Of a DNA stretch of 64,000 nucleotides, positions 27,417-41,875 are shown piece after piece; positions within the stretch are counted from its first letter, which is position 1, and each line of letters begins with the position of its first letter. Location of the stretch: positions 7,316,001 to 7,380,000 of the forward strand of contig CM022673.1 in NCBI GenBank assembly GCA_012295275.1. Reading direction: 5' to 3'. The notes under the pieces were generated by a model. The model was not told the DNA's origin. It did no database searches and was given only the letters and a program-made list of their open reading frames with translations. Source of the stretch: Chrysomallon squamiferum. Taxonomy: Eukaryota > Animalia > Mollusca. The position numbers and the translations under genes are program-made.

Positions 27417-29456
27417 AACGAATAGTAATAATAATAATAATAATGATAATAATGATAATAATAATAATAATAATATTGACTCCCGATCTTGATTTTGTGG
27501 TTAAGACATGCACAGACATTTTGAGTTATGTCCCTTGTGACGTAACTATGTCATCGCTTGTTTATTTTAGTCACGTCGTCAAACACGTTACTATCAGTGG
27601 ACCGTTCAGTAGTACAAATATCCATTAATTTTTCCAGATATAAAACTGATTAAAACCATAAAAGTAAAAGCACCAGGTGATCATAACTGTACCCACTGAT
27701 TGGTGAACACAATAAAATCGTTTAATGTTTTCACAAGAATTTCGACAACAGTGCTAAAACCGATTTAAAGCAATGGTTCTCGAACTTACCTCGACCCTGA
27801 ATACAATTTTGGCCTGGTAAAATGAGGATACATATAATGTTGATTATCAATCATATTCATGTAATATTTTAATTTATTAATTTATATTATTATCACAAAT
27901 TTGCCTTTTTACCGAAACATCCAGCGGTCCTCGGGAAAAGCCTCGCGATCCTCAACTAGGTTGCAACCATAGGTTTATGAGTATTGATTCAAAGTGTATA
28001 TTTGATTTTATACTTCGAACAAGTTATCTAGATCAGGTAAGGGCAACCTTTTCTTATATAAAAATTAAAAAAAATAATTAAAAAATAAATAAATATAAAG
28101 AATTTTACATTACAAGATTTTAATATAGTCGTTGTAGCTTTGGTTACTTATATACACATTTTTTATTTTGTCGTAAGTGATCTTGAGAACAGCATTATAC
28201 CATCAAGGCCGTTGGTAGACTCTTTTTGAAATGACGTAAAAACACTTAATCGCCGAGCGGAGCGTGGCAAACAAATTTGTGGGAGGGGTCTGGGGGCCGA
28301 CTTCAAACGGTAACCGTACACATAAACAATTTCATTCAGTAGATATCGATTTTATCGGAATAGATATTTATATTTTCTATTTTTTAAATAAAATCTTTGT
28401 ATTAAAAAACAGAAACTATTATTATTATTTTTGTTTTTTTAAATTCGAAATTTTCAGTATGCGGTATTGGTTCCATTTGCCTCAATCTAGATAACGACAT
28501 GGTCATGTATTTTTGTTAGAGAATGTGAATATTTGAAAATGTTTCATTTAACTGTACACTCTTTCATGTCCAATATGCTGACTGACAGTTTACCAGTACT
28601 TGTGACTGCATCAACTAGAGGAAGCTTTCCCGATTTTTGTCTTTTAACTAACAGCAAACTATTTTACAATACAATTGCATGGTAGAGAGCAGTTGGAAAA
28701 CTTCAGGAAATTTACCTGATTATGACAACGGTTGGTTAATATTATTCGACCTTCTGTATGAAGAAGGGTGCAGCATCATTTTCATATTGTTATCTTCTAC
28801 TGCATCCTTCAGCTTGAAAGATTCTAATATAATGGCTGTTGCACTGGTTACACAGTATTACTGTAATTTATCATATTGTTGTCCGGGATAACGAGAAAAA
28901 AATGCAAACGGCTGTTGTGATGTTGTTAAGAAGATGTGTTGTTACTTGGGCCAACAAAAAAAACTCTTCTTAAATGATTTTTAATGAGAGTTTTTTTGAA
29001 ACATTACTGTAACGATTACAATTTAACTAATATATATATTAAAGTATTATTTTTTTATTTTAAATTTATATCGAACATTCGAGATCAGGTTTCTGTGAAT
29101 ATCACACTGATATACAATGGTAACATGACTTGCGAGCTGATTTAGTTCCGTGACCGAGCTCATAACTCAATTTGCTCATATACCAAATGAGTTTTAACAA
29201 ATCAAATTAACTGAAATACCATTAAGACGTCGCATCCCACCAAAAACCACCCCAATTTATTATTATTATATATATTTATGTGAAATTGTGTATGTGCTTC
29301 TGTGTGTATGTATGTAGGTAGGTAGGTAGGTAGGCAGGTAGTTATACATATATATATATATCTGTCTCGTTGTCTAATACACACACCACAGTAACATTAC
29401 AGATAAATAAAAACATACATACATACATACATACATACATACACACACACACAAGC

Positions 29457-29488
<32 letters not shown>

Positions 29489-29500
29489 TTTCCTCCCGAT
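25400..29500. repeat. Two gene-less ~2.0-2.1 kb subunits (CRE block + hAT MITE + spacer + Tigger end)
   Basis: CRE block recurs at 25463, 27537 and 29551 (periods 2074 and 2014) with no exons in between. Confidence 0.9.
27084..27185. mobile_element. Tigger/pogo-like MITE end (second copy at 29115-~29215)
   Basis: TA|CAGTGGTACATTGACTTAAGAG...; homologous in reverse to 14220-14280. Confidence 0.65.
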
Positions 29501-30895
29501 CTTGATTTTGTAGTTAAGACATGCACAGACATTTGGGAGTTATGTCCCTTGTGACGTAACTATGTCATCGCTTGTTTATATTAGTCACGTCGTCAAACAC
29601 GTTACTATCAGTGGACCGTTAAGTAGTACAAATATCCATTAATTTTTCCAGATATAAAACTGATTAAAACCATAAAAGTGAAACCATGAGGTGATCATAA
29701 CTGTACCCACTGATTGGTGAACACAATAAAATCGTTTAATGTTTTCATAAGAATTTCGACAACGGTGCTAAAACCGATTTAAAGCAATGGTTCTCGAACT
29801 TACCTCGACCCTGAATACAGTTTTGGCCTGGTAAAATGAGGATACATATAATGATGATTATCAGTAATTTATTAATTTATATCATTATCACAAATTTGCC
29901 TTTTTACCGAGACATCCAGCGGTCCTCGGGAAAAGCCTCGCGATCCTCAACTAGGTTGCGACCATAGGTTTACGAGTATTGATTCAAAGTGTATATTTTA
30001 TTTTATACTTCGAACAAGTTATCTAGATCAGGTAAGGGCAACCTTTCCTGATAAAAAGGATCGCTTAAAACATGGATCATCATCAGGCGGACTACACTAT
30101 TAAAATTTTTTTATTAAAATTAATTTTTTTTTAGAAAAAACAACAAACAAATAAATAACTTTACGTTACACGATTTTAGTATAGTCGTTGTAGCTTTGGT
30201 TACTGATATACGGAATTCATATTTTGTTGTAAGTGATACTGAGAACAACATTATACCACCAAGGCCGTAGGTAGACTCTTTTTGAAAAGAGGTAAAAACA
30301 CCTACTCAACAAGTGGATCGTGGCAAGCAAATTTGTAGGAAGGGTCTGGGGGCCGACTTCAAACCGTAGCCGTAGACATAAATAATTTCATTCAGTAGAT
30401 ATCGCTTTTATCGGAATAGAGATTTATATTTTATAGTTTTTAAATGAAATCTTTGTATTAAAAGAAAAGAAACTATTATTATTTTTTTTTTTTTTTTTTT
30501 TTAATTCTACATTTTCAGTATGAGGTGTTTGTACCATTTGCCTCAATGTAGATACGGCCATGGTCATGTTCTTTTGTTAGAGAATGTGAATATTTAAAAA
30601 AAATGTTTTATTTAACTGTACACTCTTTCATGTGCAATATGCTGACTGGCATTTTACCAGTACTTGTGACTGCATCAATTTTTTCCCGATTTTTGTCTTT
30701 TAACTAACAGCAAACTATTTTACAATAGTTGAATGGTAGAGAGCAATTTGGAAACTCCCAACCCCCCAAAAACCATCCCAATTTGTTGTTATTATGTATA
30801 TTTACTTGAAATTGTGTATGTGTTTCTGTGTACATGTATGTAGTTATGTACATATATATATATATACATGTACAGATACATAAATATATATATAC

Positions 30896-30959
<64 letters not shown>

Positions 30960-31928
30960 ATATATATAGACATGTAGTTTTAGTTATAGTTAAATATATG
31001 ATCCTCCTATTCTATGGCCCACCTCTCCATATATATATATATATATATTTGTGTGTGCGTGTTTGTGTGTGTGTGTGTGTGTCTGTGTGTGTTTTTATGC
31101 ATGTTTTTGAATATTTGTGTGTATAATGTACATATATGTTGTCTATAATCCAGATATATATGTGTATGTATGCGCATGTAATGAAATATTATGTATGGTT
31201 CTTTTAGATACAGTTATATAGCAACCAATACATTTGTTGAAGAAACTAATATTTTATTAAGATCTGAAGAAAGAAACGATTAAACAATGTTCTAGATACT
31301 CTCAACCTGTTTGAAACGTGTAAACAAGTAATTTTATTAACAGAATAAAAATTAGCAAAGTATTATCGAGTGGTTTATAATTAGTTGAAGAAAATAAGGG
31401 CAACACGAAAATAAATAATATATGCATTAAGAACCAAGGCAACAAAGAAAGTATGAAAGATGAAAGAAGTGAAAAATTAATTTGAAGAAAACGGAATGAA
31501 ACAAAAAACACAAAGAAAAACTGTTGTTGTAAATTTATTTACATAAACCGAATCAGATAAATACACATATTTTTTTTTATTATTATTATTATTTTTTTTT
31601 TTTTACAGGACACCTATAACACTTATTCAAACGTCATCGGATATGTTCGTAAAAACACGTGTTAGTAAGTGTTGTAGAAAAATCCATAGGGTTCGTTATG
31701 GAAATCACGATCGCCTACGTTTTCAAAGAATTCGTTGTGCTAGCTGTTGTCAGCTACGTTTTCTGGACTTCCTGATCAGTTACCATCTGGAAGAGATCGC
31801 GAACTTCTTCTTCTTGAAAACTGTGTCCAAATGGATCGCCTTGTGAAGCAGAAGCCAAATCTTTGTTATAGTAATAAATTTCTGTGTCTCGGAGAACACT
31901 TTAGAATATCTCCATGTCAAAAGCGCTA

Positions 31929-32675
31929 TCATATTTCATTTGCCTTGTAGTACTTTTGTTGTGCTTCATCGTCATATGCAGACAAAATCTCGTTCAAAAA
32001 CGTATCAAATTCTCTTGTGCATATCAGACCATTGTTAACGCTTATGTTGATGAAATCAAATGAATCTGTAAAATTAAAAAAATATATATCAAATATATAT
32101 TAGAATAAATCCATAAAATAGATATTTAAAAACGGCAACTTTTAGATAAAATAGTATAATATATATAAAACAAATATTGAAATAAATAAGTGAGATTAAA
32201 ATTATAGTTGTGGTAGTAGCAATAGTAGCAGCAACAGTAGTAGTAGTGGTAACCATTATCTTAATACTGTTGTTAGTGCTAGTGATATGATAGTTTTACA
32301 GTATCCGGATTTAATTCAAGAAATTGTAATAGCGATAAATACAGTAATAGTCATAGAAGTAATAGAAGATGTATGAACAGCAGCCGTTTTTGTAAAGGTA
32401 GAAGCTGCAATAATAGTGAAAATAATGGTAGTAAAAAAGCAGTAACAATAGTGATCGTAACAGTAGTTTTGAAAGTAACAGGAATCAAACTTACCGATAA
32501 AATTTATAAGATCCTCTAGACCAGGTTGATCCTCTTCTTGCATATCAGGCATGTTTTTGTACTCGTCTGGGACTATGTTGTCTGTCTTATCAAATGACGG
32601 CATCGTGATAGCAGAGTACGATTCATCCCAAGCTGGAAAGACCATATGATTCTTCAACAGCACTTCAGTCATCAT
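31929..32675 (-). CDS. Array gene copy D (105 aa); its ORF2 carries a CAA>TAA stop at 31903-31901
   Basis: Exon 1 32675-32495, exon 2 32065-31929; intact. Confidence 0.65.
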
Positions 32676-32789
32676 CGTCAGAATTGAGCTTAATGTATAA
32701 TACAATTTTGTAATGCGTGGTGTATTTTTATACTACTTCGAGAAATCAGCGGATTGGATGTTTGCACTTTTTCACAGGACCAATCAACA

Positions 32790-33365
32790 AATAGCCATTA
32801 CCATAAAAGGTAATAAGTTTTGCACTGAATAATTGGTGAAGATAAAAAAAATAACATAATAATAAAAAAATAATAATAATAATATAAAATAAATGTTTTG
32901 TATAAATTAATCGTTTCAGGTTTCTTTTTTAAAAATCTGACAGAAGGTAAGAAGCGTTTGATTGTCGGACCAAGTAATAATACCATTAAATGTAATAAGT
33001 TTTAACTGAATAATTGGTGAAGGTTTAAAAAAATAACATAATAATAAAAATATATATATAAAATAATATAAAATAAAAAAAATTCAAACATTAGTCGTTT
33101 TTCGATTTAAAAAACACAATTGACATAAGGTAAGAAGAAGCGTTTGATTGTTGACCCAGGTAATAATGTCATAAAAGGTAATAAGTTTTTTGGACTGAAT
33201 AACTGCTGAAGGTAAAAAAATAACATAATAATAAAAATAAAAATAAAATATATAAAATTATTTTTTTTTCTTAAATTAATCGTTTCACAATATTTTTTTT
33301 TTAAATCTGCCATAAGGTAAGAAAAAATGTTTGATTGTTGGACCAAGTAATAATACCATTAGATG
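32790..33365. repeat. ~185 bp internal triplication upstream of copy D (also ~37125-37695 upstream of E)
   Basis: Three iterations of ...gtaataagttt...actgaataa..ggtgaag...aaggtaagaag..cgtttgattgt.ggaccaagtaataat. Confidence 0.8.
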
Positions 33366-34733
33366 AATCACTGCCACACCACTGAATTGGTGCACAGACT
33401 GTCCCTACTGATAAAAAAACATAATAATAATAATAATAATAAAATACATTTTTTTCCGAAAAATATTGCGGTTAATGCAGTCATAGTAGATTTCATTATG
33501 TATAGAACATATGTGAAAGAAATGTGCTTTGTTCTTCTTCTTTTCCTTTTTTTTTCTTTGCATCCAGCCATCTACTTCGTTGTCTAATACACACACCATA
33601 GAAACATTACAGATACATACATACATACATACATACATACATACATACATACATACATACATACATAAATACATACATACATACATATATATATACATAT
33701 ATACGCACAAACGAATAGTAATAATAATAATAATAATATTTCTTCCCGATCTTGATTTTGTCGTTAAGACATGCACAGACATTTTTGAGTTATGTCCCTT
33801 GTGACGTAACTATGTCATCGCTTGTTTATTTTAGTCACGTAGTCAAACACGTTACTATCAGTGGACCGTTAAGTAGTACAAATATCCATTAATTTGGACA
33901 GATATCAAACTGATTAAAACCATTAGGTGATCATAACTGTACCCACTGACTGGTTTAATAAGATGGTTTAATGTTTTCATAAGAATCAGACAACGGTGCT
34001 AAAACCGATTTAAAGCTATGGTTCTCGAACTTATTGCGACCCTGAATACAGTTTTGGCCCGGTAAAATGAGGATATATATAATGTTGATTATCAGTCATA
34101 TTGATGTAATATTTAAATTTATTAATTTATATTATTATCACAAATTTGCCTTTTTGACGAGACATTCAGCGGTTTTCGCGAAAAGCCTCGCGATTCTCAA
34201 CTAGGTCGCGACCACAGGTTTATGAGTATTGATTCAAAGTGTATATTTTATTTCATAATTCCAAAAAGAAATCTAGATCCGATGTGGACAACCTTTCCTG
34301 AAAAAGAGGACCACTTAAGACATGACTCGTCATCAGACGGACTGCACTATAAAAAAAAAAAAATTAATAAAAATTAAAAAAATTAATAAAAAAAGAAATA
34401 AAAATAAAGAACTTTACGTTACAAGATCTTAATATAGACGTTGTAGCTTTGGTTACTTATATACTGAATTTATATTCTGTTGTAAGTGACACTGAGAACA
34501 ACATTATACCACCAAGGCAGCAGGTAGACTCTTTTTGAAAAGACGTAAAAACACTTTATCCCCGAGCGGAGCGTGGCAAACAAATTTGAGGGAGGGGTCT
34601 GGGGGCCGACTTCAAACGGCAACTCCTCACATAAACAATTTCATTCAGCAGATATCGATTTTATCGGAATAGAGATTGATATTTTATATTTTTCAAATAA
34701 AATCTTTGTATTTAAAAAAAGAAACTATTATTA

Positions 34734-34765
<32 letters not shown>

Positions 34766-35098
34766 CGACATTTTCGGTATGAGGTATAAGTTCCATTTGA
34801 CTCAATGTAGATACGGCCATCGTCATGTATTTCTGTTAGAGAATACGAAATTTTAGAAATGTTTTATTTAACTGTACACTCTTTCATCTGCAATATGCTG
34901 ACCGACATTGTACTAGTACTTGTGACTGCATCAACTAGAGGAAGCTTTCCCGATTTTTGTCTTTTAACTAACAGCAAACTATATTACAATACAGTTGCAT
35001 TGTAGAGAGCAATTTGTCAGCTCCCAGCACCTCAAAAACCACCCCAATTTGTTGTTATTATCTATATTTACGTGAAATTGTGTGTATGTATATATCTA

Positions 35099-35149
<51 letters not shown>

Positions 35150-36255
35150 GTATATATGTATATATATGTATGTATGTATATATATGTATATAGTTTTAGT
35201 TATATTTATGGTTATATATATATGAATATATACAGATTTTTGTTGTATTAATAATCTTTATTAAACAATCCCCATAGAACCAGTCACCATACCAACAGAC
35301 CCCTGGCAACGTTGGACTCCAACATACTGTTCCTCCTATTCTCTGGCCCACCTCTCCATATATATATATACATATATATATGTGTGTGTTCGTGTTTGTG
35401 TGTGTGTGTGACTGTGTGTGTATATATCTATGTTTTTGTATATTTATGTGTATAATGTATATATATATATTTGTCTATAATTCAGATATATATGTGTACG
35501 TATGCGCATGGGATGAAATATTATGTATGGTTCTTTTAGATACAGTTAAATAGTAACCAATACATTTGTTGAAGAAAGTAACATTTTAATAAGATCTAAA
35601 GAAGCAAAAGATTACATAATGTTTTGGATACTCTCAACCTGCTTAAAACATTTAAACATGTAATTTTATTAACAGAATAAAAATTAGCAAAGTATTATCG
35701 AGTGGTTTATAATTAGTTGAAGAAAATAAGGGCAACAGGAAAATAAATATTATATGCATTAAGAACGAAGGCAACAAAGAAAGAATGAAAGATGAAAGAA
35801 GTGAAAAATTAATTTGAAGAAAAAGGAATGAAACAAAAACACAAAGAAAAACTGTTGTTGTAAATTTATTTACATAAACCGAATCATATAAATACACATA
35901 TTTTTTTTATATTTTATTCTTATTTTTTTTTTTTACAGGACACCTATAACACTTATTCAAACGTCATCGGATATGTTCGTAAAAACACGTGTTACATTGC
36001 GTTTTGGAAACATACATAGGTTTCGTACTGGAAATCACGATCGCCTACGTTTTCAAAGAATTCGCTGTGTTTGCTGTTGTCAGCTACGTTTTCTGGACTT
36101 CCTGATCAGTTACCATCTGGAAGAGATCGCAAACTTCTTCTTGTAATGTGAGACCAAACTGATCGCCTTGTGAAGCAGAAGCCAAATCTTTGTTATAGTA
36201 ATAAAATTCTCTGTCTGGAAGAACACTTTGGAATATCTCCATGTCAAAAGCGCTA

Positions 36256-37006
36256 TCATATTTGATTTGCCTTGTAGTACTTTTGTTGTGCTTCATCGTC
36301 ATATGCAGACAAAATCTCGTTCAAAAACGTATCAAATTCTTTTGTGGATATCAGACCATTGTTAACGCTTATGTTGATGAAATCAAATGAATCTGTAAAA
36401 TTTAAAAAAAAATATATATCAAATATATATTAGAATAAATACATAAAATAGATATTTAAAAACGGCTACTGTTAAATAAAATAGTATAATATAAAAAATA
36501 AAGATAATGAAATAAATAAGTGAGATTAAAATTATAATTGTGGTAGTAGCAATAGGAGCAGCAGCAGTAGTAGTAGTGGTAACCATTATCTTAATACTGT
36601 TGTTGGTGATAGTGATATGATAGTTTTACAGTATCCGGATTTAATTCAAGAAATTGTAATAGTGATAAACAAAGTAATAGTCATATAAGTAATAGTAGAT
36701 GTATGAACAGCAGCAGTTTTAGTAAAGGTAGAAGCTGCAATAATAGTGAAAATAATGTTAGAAAAAAAAGCAGTAGTAATAGTGATAGTAACAGTAGTTT
36801 TAATAGTAACAGGAATCAAACTTACCGATAAAATTTATAAGATCCTCTAGACCAGGTTGATCCTCTTCTTCCATATCAAGCATGTTCTTGTACTCATTTG
36901 GGACTATGTTGTCTGTGTTATGAAATGACGGCATCGTGATAGCAGAGTGCGATTCATCCCAAGCTGGAAAGACCATATGATTCTTCAACAGCACTTCAGT
37001 CATCAT
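36256..37006 (-). CDS. Array gene copy E (105 aa)
   Basis: Exon 1 37006-36826, exon 2 36392-36256; intact, with variants SFHNTDNIVPNEYKNML and ISTKEF. Confidence 0.65.
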
Positions 37007-39679
37007 CGTCAGAGTTGAGCTTAATGTATAATACAATTTTGTAATGCGCGGTGTATTTTTATACTACTTCGAGAAATCAGCGGATTGGATGTTTGCACTT
37101 TTTCACAGGACCAATCAACAAATAGCCATTACCATAAAAGGTAATAAGTTTTGCACTGAATAATTGGTGAAGATAAAAAAAATAACATAATAATAAAAAA
37201 TAATAATAATAATAATATAAAATAAATGTTTTGTATAAATTAATCGTTTCAGGTTTCTTTTTTAAAAATCTGACAGAAGGTAAGAAGCGTTTGATTGTCG
37301 GACCAAGTAATAATACCATTAAATGTAATAAGTTTTAACTGAATAATTGGTGAAGGTTTAAAAAAATAACATAATAATAAAAATATATATATAAAATAAT
37401 ATAAAATAAAAAAAATTCAAACATTAGTCGTTTTTCGATTTAAAAAACACAATTGACATAAGGTAAGAAGAAGCGTTTGATTGTTGACCCAGGTAATAAT
37501 GTCATAAAAGGTAATAAGTTTTTTGGACTGAATAACTGCTGAAGGTAAAAAAATAACATAATAATAAAAATAAAAATAAAATATATAAAATTATTTTTTT
37601 TTCTTAAATTAATCGTTTCACAATATTTTTTTTTTAAATCTGCCATAAGGTAAGAAAAAATGTTTGATTGTTGGACCAAGTAATAATACCATTAGATGAA
37701 TCACTGCCACACCACTGAATTGGTGCACAGACTGTCCCTACTGATAAAAAAACATAATAATAATAATAATAATAAAATACATTTTTTTCCGAAAAATATT
37801 GCGGTTAATGCAGTCATAGTAGATTTCATTATGTATAGAACATATGTGAAAGAAATGTGCTTTGTTCTTCTTCTTTTCCTTTTTTTTTCTTTGCATCCAG
37901 CCATCTACTTCGTTGTCTAATACACACACCATAGAAACATTACAGATACATACATACATACATACATACATACATACATACATACATACATACATACATA
38001 CATAAATACATACATACATACATATATATATACATATATACGCACAAACGAATAGTAATAATAATAATAATAATATTTCTTCCCGATCTTGATTTTGTCG
38101 TTAAGACATGCACAGACATTTTGAGTTATGTCCCTTGTGACGTAACTATATCATCGCTTGTTTATTTTAGTCACGTAGTCAAACACGTTACTATCAGTGG
38201 ACCGTTAAGTAGTACAAATATCCATTAATTTGGACAGATATCAAACTGATTAAAACCATTAGGTGATCATAACTGTACCCACTGACTGGTTTAATAAGAT
38301 GGTTTAATGTTTTCATAAGAATCAGACAACGGTGCTAAAACCGATTTAAAGCTATGGTTCTCGAACTTATTGCGACCCTGAATACAGTTTTGGCCCGGTA
38401 AAATGAGGATATATATAATGTTGATTATCAGTCATATTGATGTAATATTTAAATTTATTAATTTATATTATTATCACAAATTTGCCTTTTTGACGAGACA
38501 TTCAGCGGTTTTCGCGAAAAGCCTCGCGATTCTCAACTAGGTCGCGACCACAGGTTTATGAGTATTGATTCAAAGTGTATATTTTATTTCATAATTCCAA
38601 AAGAAATCTAGATCCGATGTGGACAACCTTTCCTGAAAAAGAGGACCACTTAAGACATGACTCGTCATCAGACGGACTGCACTATTAAAAAAAAAAAAAT
38701 TAATAAAAATTTAAAAAAAATTAATAAAAAAAAGAAATAAAAATAAAGAACTTTACGTTACAAGATCTTAATATAGACGTTGTAGCTTTGGTTACTTATA
38801 TACTGAATTTATATTCTGTTGTAAGTGACACTGAGAACAACATTATACCACCAAGGCAGCAGGTAGACTCTTTTTGAAAAGACGTAAAAACACTTTATCC
38901 CCGAGCGGAGCGTGGCAAACAAATTTGAGGGAGGGGTCTGGGGGCCGACTTCAAACGGCAACTCCTCACATAAACAATTTCATTCAGCAGATATCGATTT
39001 TATCGGAATAGAGATTGATATTTTATATTTTTCAAATAAAATCTTTGTATTTAAAAAAAGAAACTATTATTATTTTTTTTTTTTTTTTTTTTTTTTAAAT
39101 TCGACATTTTCGGTATGAGGTATAAGTTCCATTTGACTCAATGTAGATACGGCCATCGTCATGTATTTCTGTTAGAGAATACGAAATTTTAGAAATGTTT
39201 TATTTAACTGTACACTCTTTCATCTGCAATATGCTGACTGACATTGTACTAGTACTTGTGACTGCATCAACTAGAGGAAGCTTTCCCGATTTTTGTCTTT
39301 TAACTAACAGCAAACTATATTACAATACAGTTGCATTGTAGAGAGCAATTTGTCAGCTCCCAGCACCTCAAAAACCACCCCAATTTGTTGTTATTATCTA
39401 TATTTACGTGAAATTGTGTGTATGTATATATCTATCTATATATATATATACATATATATACACACATATGTATATATGTATATATATGTATGTATGTATA
39501 TATATGTATATAGTTTTAGTTATATTTATGGTTATATATATATATGAATATATATAGATTTTTGTTGTATTAATAATCTTTATTAAACAATCCCCATAGA
39601 ACCAGTCACCATACCAACAGACCCCTGGCAACGTTGGACTCCAACATACTGTTCCTCCTATTCTCTGGCCCACCTCTCC

Positions 39680-39711
<32 letters not shown>

Positions 39712-40552
39712 GTGTGTGTTCGTGTTTGTGTGTGTGTGTGACTGTGTGTGTATATATCTATGTTTTTGTATATTTATGTGTATAATGTATATATATATAT
39801 TTGTCTATAATTCAGATATATATGTGTACGTATGCGCATGGGATGAAATATTATGTATGGTTCTTTTAGATACAGTTAAATAGTAACCAATACATTTGTT
39901 GAAGAAAGTAACATTTTAATAAGATCTAAAGAAGCAAAAGATTACATAATGTTTTGGATACTCTCAACCTGCTTAAAACATTTAAACATGTAATTTTATT
40001 AACAGAATAAAAATTAGCAAAGTATTATCGAGTGGTTTATAATTAGTTGAAGAAAATAAGGGCAACAGGAAAATAAATATTATATGCATTAAGAACGAAG
40101 GCAACAAAGAAAGAATGAAAGATGAAAGAAGTGAAAAATTAATTTGAAGAAAAAGGAATGAAACAAAAAACACAAAGAAAAACTGTTGTTGTAAATTTAT
40201 TTACATAAACCGAATCATATAAATACACATATTTTTATTTTATTTTATTCTTATTTTTTTTTTTTACAGGACACCTATAACACTTATTCAAACGTCATCG
40301 GATATGTTCGTAAAAACACGTGTTACATTGCGTTTTGGAAACATACATAGGTTTCGTACTGGAAATCACGATCGCCTACGTTTTCAAAGAATTCGCTGTG
40401 TTTGCTGTTGTCAGCTACGTTTTCTGGACTTCCTGATCAGTTACCATCTTCGCAAACTTCTTCTTGTAATGTTAGAAGCCAAATCTTTGTTATAGTAATA
40501 AAATTCTCTGTCTGGAAGAACACTTTGGAATATCTCCATGTCAAAAGCGCTA

Positions 40553-41304
40553 TCATATTTGATTTGCCTTGTAGTACTTTTGTTGTGCTTCATCGTCATA
40601 TGCAGACAAAATCTCGTTCAAAAACGTATCAAATTCTTTTGTGCATATCAGACCATTGTTAACGCTTATGTTGATGAAATCAAATGAATCTGTAAAATTA
40701 AAAAAAATATATATCAAATATATATTAGAATAAATACATAAAATAGATATTTAAAAACGGCTACTGTTAAATAAAATAGTATAATATAAAAAATAAAGAT
40801 AATGAAATAAATAAGTGAGATTAAAATTATAATTGTGGTAGTAGCAATAGGAGCAGCAGCAGTAGTAGTAGTGGTAACCATTATCTTAATACTGTTGTTA
40901 GTGATAGTGATATGATAGTTTTTCAGTATCCGGATTTAATTCAAGAAATTGTAATAGTTATAAATAAAGTAATAGTCATATAAGTAATAGTAGATGTATG
41001 AACAGCAGCAGTTTTAGTAAATGTAGAAGCTGCAATAATAGTGAAAATAATGGTAGTAAAAAAAGTAGTAACAATAGTGATAGTAACAGTAGTTTTAATA
41101 GTAACAGGAATCAAACTTACCGATAAAATTTATAAGATCCTCTAGACCAGGTTGATCCTCTTCTTGCGTATCAGGCATGTTTTTGTAGTCGTCTGTGACT
41201 ATGTTGTCTGTCTTATCAAATGACGGCATCGTGATAGCAGAGTGCGATTCATCCCAAGCTGGAAAGACCATATGATTCTTCAACAGCGCTTCAGTCATCA
41301 TCAT
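40553..41304 (-). CDS. Array gene copy F (105-106 aa); its ORF2 is broken by two deletions
   Basis: Exon 1 41304-41121 (MMMTEALL...), exon 2 40689-40553; intact. Deletions of 8 nt and net 26 nt at ~40450-40473 relative to copy E. Confidence 0.6.
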
Positions 41305-41802
41305 CAGAGTTGAACTTAATGTATAATACAATTTTGTAATGCGTGGTGTATTTTTATACTACTTCGAGAAACATGCGGATTGGATGTTTGCACTTTTTGA
41401 CAGGTCTCATCAAGAAATAGCCATTACCATAAAAGGTCATTAGTTTTGGACTGAATAATTGGTGAAGATAAAAAAATAAATAATAATAAAAGAAATAATA
41501 ATAATAATAATAAAAATAAAATAAATAAAAATAATCGTTTAAATTTTTTTAAAAAATATAAAATAAAGTTTTTGTAATAATATCATAAAATTAATCGTTT
41601 TTCAATAATTGGTGAAGGTAAAAAAAAATAACATAATAATAAAAAATTTTTTTTTCAAAAAAATCTTTGCAATTGTTTTAACAAAGGTAAGAAGAGTTTC
41701 ATTGTTGGCCCAAGTAATAATACCATTAGATGAATCACTGCCACACCACTGAATTCGTGCACAGACTGTCCCTAGTGAGTATTGATTCAAAGTGTATATT
41801 TT

Positions 41803-41875
41803 ATTTTATAGCAGAGTGCGATTCATCCCAAGCTGGAAAGACCATATGATTCTTCAACAGCACTTCAGTCATCAT
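41803..41875 (-). pseudogene. Truncated array gene copy G (5' part of exon 1 only)
   Basis: MMTEVLLKNHMVFPAWDESHSAIK*; fused at ~41810 to the MITE-end/flank sequence gagtattgattcaaagtgtatattttattttata. Confidence 0.75.

Noticed and set aside
41602-41790. SNGIITWANNETLL as an upstream DNA-binding-domain exon of the array gene
   Set aside because: It lies upstream of the TATA box, has no consistent splice sites, is deleted in copy C and has stops in other copies.
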